Below, piece after piece: positions 59,001 through 64,000 of a stretch of DNA of 64,000 nucleotides (position 1 is its first letter; each line of letters begins with the position of its first letter). This stretch comes from Macrostomum lignano (lineage: Eukaryota), in contig NIVC01002622.1 of assembly GCA_002269645.1 (NCBI GenBank), positions 91,491 through 155,490 of the forward strand. Direction: 5' to 3'. A program made the position numbers and the translations under genes. Below the pieces are notes generated by a model that was not told the DNA's origin, ran no database searches, and saw only the letters and a program-made list of their open reading frames with translations.

Positions 59001-62000
59001 AGCACACAATTCTGGGCGAGTGAACCGGATCAGCACACAATTCCGGGCGAGTGAACCGGATTAGCACACAAATCCGGGCTAATTCCGGGCGAGTGAACCG
59101 GATCAGCACACAAATCCGGGCGAATTCCGGGAGAGTGAACCGGATTAGCACACGAATCCAGGTGAATTCTGGATGATTGAACCGGATTTGCAGCCAAATC
59201 TTGGGCTTATCACAGTAGCAGAAAATTAAATAAAGAACGGGTCATTGTTCCATACATTTTCCACGACTACGAATTGAATCGAATTCGATTTAGCCGTCCA
59301 CGAACAGAAATACTGAATTCAGTTGTGCACAACTGTAAATCGTATATTTCTATGCACTTCTACGTACTTTCAGAAACAAAAAATACTGACCTTCTGAATG
59401 TCACTCGGATGGGCAGCTGGACTTCGATGCTACCATTAACTTTTTTTGAAGCCGTATACGGTTTTATATACCTTATCGCGACATTGGCTACTCTTCAGGG
59501 ATCCCCATCGCCTACCTCTGATTGCATCTGTCAGGTGGGTCACTCGCTATACAGCTAATTAGCTAGTTAACTCAAGTCAGCTGACTTGTCTATTCACTTG
59601 CTTAAGAATTGTAAAGATCTCCGCAAAAATTAAGGAACGACTTTTGTCTCATTTTCCAGGACCTATCAGGGCTCATAAATGTAGACAGCCAATGTCTCGA
59701 AGAGCGTTTCTAATGAAATCGAATCCAGCAAATTTGGCCTTAAGAAAAAGCTAGAAATTAATTGCAAATAAATGCGGTGGTGGTGTTATGCACTCGATCT
59801 TGGACATCGCCCGCATTTCACTCCTCGAGTAGCTCGCCGTCTGGAAATATATGTTTCCAGAAGTCGGCCCCTCATTTTCGGCAGCACTGGCGATTCGTCG
59901 CGCCTTCACCTGGTCCGCCTTCTTTTGCCGCTCTGCGGCTGGCCGAGATTGAAAGAGCGCTGCCTGGCTTCTCGCCACGGTCGTGTCGGATTCCGACGAG
60001 CTCGTAGCGGAGATAGCTTCCAATCGAAGAACTTCAGCTTTCATCTGACGATTTTCGGCTTGAGCCTCTGACAGCTTTTCACGAACTCCGCTCAATTGAT
60101 GGCCTATTAAGTACATAAAAATGAGGAGAGTGGCGAAGCAGATTCAAACTTAAGAATCGACAACACTTATATATATACGAGGCTGCTAACATCTTCTAGT
60201 ATATGCATAAAAAACTTACACAGTTCGTCCTCGGCTTCGCCTTGGGCCCGAATCTGATCCATCATTGTGGTGCATGACGGGCATCGTGACGGCTGCGGTT
60301 GCTGCGATGGCACACGCGCCAAAGCAGTCGCTTCAATCGCTTGGGCCTTTCTATCCAAAGGCCCCTTCCAGAGAGTGGCGGAATACCGGGATCCGGTACT
60401 CTTGTTAGCAGCCGTGACAACGTGATCTGCTCACGGCTGGTGCAACTGCAAACGCCTTAGACAAACCAATGGAGCATGTACCGACAAAAATCGGATTAGC
60501 GTCTATCTATTTAATAGGAAAGCTGCTTTGCATACTGGGCCAGTTAGAGCTATTTGGAACCATGCCACAGTCTCCGTCTAGACACCCAGCTGTGCCAAAC
60601 AATATGGTTGGCTGATTTTATGCTTCTAAGCGTCAAATACGACGATAGAATCATTCAGCCCGTTGACACACTAAGCAGCTGTGATAGACTACATGCCAGT
60701 GGAAGTCAAACCTCTCGCACACAAACAGGGCGCAACAATTTTTCAATTGTCACCTGTACGGAGGATGGGCTCAGCCTCACATTACGGACGCTACAGAGCC
60801 GCCGAAAAGCAGATCAATTCACATTGCAATTTCGAGGCTTTATTACCCCTCGCTTTCCAAGAGGAATTAGCGCCGTTGACCAAATGGATGCCAGGGATTG
60901 CCTGATGGGATAGCCATTTGCTGGGGTCTGTATTCAGCGGTTTTCCATCGGAGGCTTCCTCTCAAAATCCCCATGGAACTTATATAATGGATGCCGGATT
61001 GATTCCGACTCAAGTCCCGAAATTTTCCCGGATCAGCTTCGCCCGGAACTTGGCTGAAATTCGGGTCAAGGGAGCTGATCCGGGTGAATTTTCCGGATCA
61101 GTTGGTCCGGATCACTAGGGAATTCCGACTCAAGTCCCGAAATTTTCCCGGATCAGCTTCGCCCGGAACTTGGCTGAAATTCGGGTCAAGGGAGCTGATC
61201 CGGGTGAATTTTCCGGATCAGTTGGTCCGGATCACTAGGGAATTCCGACTCAAGTCCCGAAATTTTCCCGGATCAGCTTCGCCCGGAACTTGGCTGAAAT
61301 TCGGGTCAAGGGAGCTGATCCGGGTGAATTTTCCGGATTATTTGGTCCGGATCGCTAGGGAATTCCGACTCAAGTCCCGAAATTTTCCCGGATCAGCTTC
61401 GCCCGGAACTTGGCTGAAATTCGGGTCAAGGGAGCTGATCCGGGTGAATTTTCCGGATCAGTTGGTCCGGATCACTAGGGAATTCCGACTCAAGTCCCGA
61501 AATTTTCCCGGATCAGCTTCGCCCGGAACTTGGCTGAAATTCGGGTCAAGGGAGCTGATCCGGGTGAATTTTCCGGATTATTTGGTCCGGATCGCTAGGG
61601 AATTCCGACTCAAGTCCCGAAATTTTCCCGGATCAGCTTCGCCCGGAACTTGGCTGAAATTCGGGTCAAGGGAGCTGATCCGGGTGAATTTTCCGGATTA
61701 TTTGGTCCGGATCGCTAGGGAATTCCGACTCAAGTCCCGAAATTTTCCCGGATCAGCTTCGCCCGGAACTTGGCTGAAATTCGGGTCAAGGGAGCTGATC
61801 CGGGTGAATTTTCCGGATCAGTTGGTCCGGATCACTGGAGAATTCCGACTCAATTCCCGAAATCTCACCCGGAACATTTTCACCCGGAACACTACTGAAA
61901 TTCGGGTCTACACCCAGAATTCCATAGTGTTCCGGGTGAAAAATTCCGGAAAATCAGACCGGAACAGCTTTCCTTTTCCCGAAAATTTTCCGGATCATAT

Positions 62001-64000
62001 TTCCGGATTTTTTTCCGGAACAAGGGGCTGTTCCGGGCCAAAAAAGCTGATCCGGGCCTTCACCCGGAAATCAATTAAAAATCGGGCCCGGATCACAAAA
62101 TTCCGGAAAAAATTCCGGGTGAAACGTTCGACGGGCAGTCTACGACAAGGATAGGAAGGCATAGCAGTCTACCACAAGGACAGGGAGGAGGATACAGCAG
62201 TCTACCACAAGTACAGGAAGACACAGCAACTTACCTAACGCTAGAAGGTACAATTTCAAACAATATTGAAAAAGAATAGATAGACACGTACTAATAATGA
62301 AGATAAACAACATATGAAAAAAGATTACAGTGGACACGATTCAAACCCTGTGTCGCTGCACCACAACTCACCCCAAGCCAGCCCAGTTACACAGGTAAAT
62401 AATTGGATGGAAAGCTATCAGTAATACAGCACACAGTCTGCTCAGCTTAATTATCTCGAACACGCAAGAAGGCAGTCATGTCTTTAGACGATGCCTGCGA
62501 CAGACTGTCTGACAGAGAGGCAGTGAGGCAATCAGAGAAGAGACAAAGAATACGGCATGAGTTTGCAGTTTAGGGAATAAGTTCACAGATTCTGCTACAG
62601 CTAAAATTATATTTGCACCCCTCAGTAATTGCACGTTTGGGTTGAGTGAACGGCCGAACTAAGGACGACAAGAAGAAATTTCTATGACACTTTCTGCATA
62701 CAAACTGTTGCACAAAAATAGACTTTTAGCTACTAAATTAGGGATTTTAGAGACTGACCGCCCTGTAAGAGGATTTTGTAAGGTAAATTAGGCTGCTCAG
62801 CAACTGACACTCTAGGAGGCTGGCCCAGCAACTGACACTCTAGAGGCTGGCCCAGCAACTGAGATCTGGGAGGCTGGCCCAGCAACTGACACTCTAGGAG
62901 GCTGGCCCAGCAACTAAGGATCTGGGAGGCTGGCCCAGCAACTGACACTCTGGGAGGCTGGCCCAGCAACTGACACTCTGGGAGGCTGGCCAGCAACTGA
63001 CACTCTAGGAGGCTGGCCCAGCAACTAAGGATCTGGGAGGCTGGCCCAGCAACTGACACTCTGGGAGGCTGGCCCAGCAACTGACACTCTGGGAGGCTGG
63101 CCAGCAACTGACACTCTGGGAGGCTGGCCCAGCAACTGACACTCTGGGAGGCTTGCCAGCAACTGAGGATCTGGGAGGCTGGCCCAGCAACTGACACTCT
63201 GGGAGGCTGGCTCAGCAACTGAAACTCTGGAGGCTGGCCAGCAACTGACACTCTGGGAGGCTGGCCCAGCAACTGACACTCTGGGAGGCTGGCCCAGTAA
63301 CTGGGGATCTATGAGGCTGGTCCAGCGACTGAGGATCTGGAAAGCTGGCCCAGCAACTGATGAGGATCTGGGAGGCTGGCCCGCAACTAAGTATCTGGGA
63401 GGCTGGCCCAGCAACTAAGGATCTGGAGGCTGGCCCAGCAACTGACACTCTGGGAGGCTTGCCCAGCAACTGAGGATCTGGGAGGCTGGCCCAGTAACTG
63501 GGGATCTATGAGGCTGGTCCAGCGACTGAGGATCTGGAAAGCTGGCCAGCAACTGGGGATCTGGAAAGCTGGCCCAGCAACTAGGAATCTGGAAAGCTGG
63601 CCCAGCAACTGGGGATCTGGAAAGCTGGCCCAGCAACTGGGGATCTGGAAAGCTGGCCCAGCAACTGGGGATCTGGAAAGCTGGCCCAGCAACTGGGATC
63701 TGGAAAGCTGGCCAGCAACTGGGGATCTGGAAAGCTGGCCCAGCAACTGGGGGTCTGGGGTGGTGGCCTAGCAGCAAACTGAGGATCTGGGAGGGCGGTC
63801 TAGCAATCGAGAATCCTTGATCCCAATCCAGTCCCACCGAGAGCTCACCCAGCAGCCGAGTTGGCAGTCAGAGTCGCGGTAGCCCCGGCGACTCCCCCGG
63901 CGGCCACAGCTGAGCCGGCATGCTGCGGCCCCTGACCCGGCGGGCCCAGCTGATTTCTCGGCCTAGCGCCAGACGAGGAAGCGCCGCTGGCGCGCAGCAA
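56070..64000 (-). CDS. MARK: 3' part of a MARK/PAR-1 kinase: spacer exons (64000-63849 partial, 57676-57128) and KA1-domain last exon (about 56550-56070); kinase domain lies beyond the window
   Basis: KA1 [60 protein letters not shown]; phase-2 join between the 63849 and 57676 exons; last junction unresolved. Confidence 0.88.
56600..57045. repeat. 31-bp minisatellite in the last MARK intron
   Basis: CTAACAAATCGGCAACTCAAAAATGTCACTC units. Confidence 0.95.
57800..58534. repeat. 30-33-bp minisatellite, resuming at 62136-62225 after a transposon insertion
   Basis: CAGTCTACCACAAGGACAGG.. units on both sides of the element. Confidence 0.94.
58535..62135. mobile_element. 3.6-kb TIR DNA transposon (CACTA/CMC-like, probably non-autonomous)
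   Basis: About 39-bp imperfect TIRs CCCGTCGAAC(T/G)TTTCACCCGGAATTT; 2-bp TSD CA; CCGG-rich subterminal arrays at both ends. Confidence 0.85.
60990..61850. repeat. 120-bp tandem repeat x7 inside the transposon
   Basis: Identical 60-nt lines at 61021, 61141, 61261, 61381, 61501, 61621, 61741. Confidence 0.97.
62790..63775. repeat. 28-bp minisatellite in a MARK intron
   Basis: GGCCCAGCAACTGACACTCTGGGAGGCT and ..GGGGATCTGGAAAGCT variants. Confidence 0.96.

Noticed and set aside
61084-62154. 356-aa ORF with a 40-aa repeat
   Set aside because: Product of the 120-bp transposon array; no domain signature.

Overview
Eukaryotic (animal) genomic DNA with no prokaryotic features, RNA genes or CRISPR. 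GC-rich exons with GT-AG introns, most carrying their own 15-40 bp minisatellite; the style suggests a free-living flatworm such as Macrostomum (inference only). Genes rebuilt by hand: stomatin (+, 6 exons); SLC22 transporter (-, 4 exons); a frameshifted secreted PAN + C-type lectin gene; a long ankyrin-repeat gene; a possible peptide-hormone precursor; an intronless Gly-rich beta-strand protein; a divergent Rab11-like GTPase; a single-pass membrane protein exon; an intact 11-exon peroxisomal HACL1 (-, ends SKL); and the 3' part of a MARK/PAR-1 kinase (KA1 domain). Mobile DNA: a complete Mag-type Gypsy element with identical LTRs and a 5-bp TSD, a 3.6-kb CCC...GGG DNA transposon with 2-bp TSD, three hAT-like MITEs and a tRNA-SINE-like family with a covarying hairpin. 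Top finding: a two-exon gene nested antisense in HACL1 intron 7 that fuses a catalytically degenerate 3-hydroxyacyl-CoA dehydrogenase NAD-binding domain to a C-terminal RING finger, a candidate metabolite-sensing E3 ubiquitin ligase. Exon structures were read by eye and no database searches were run.
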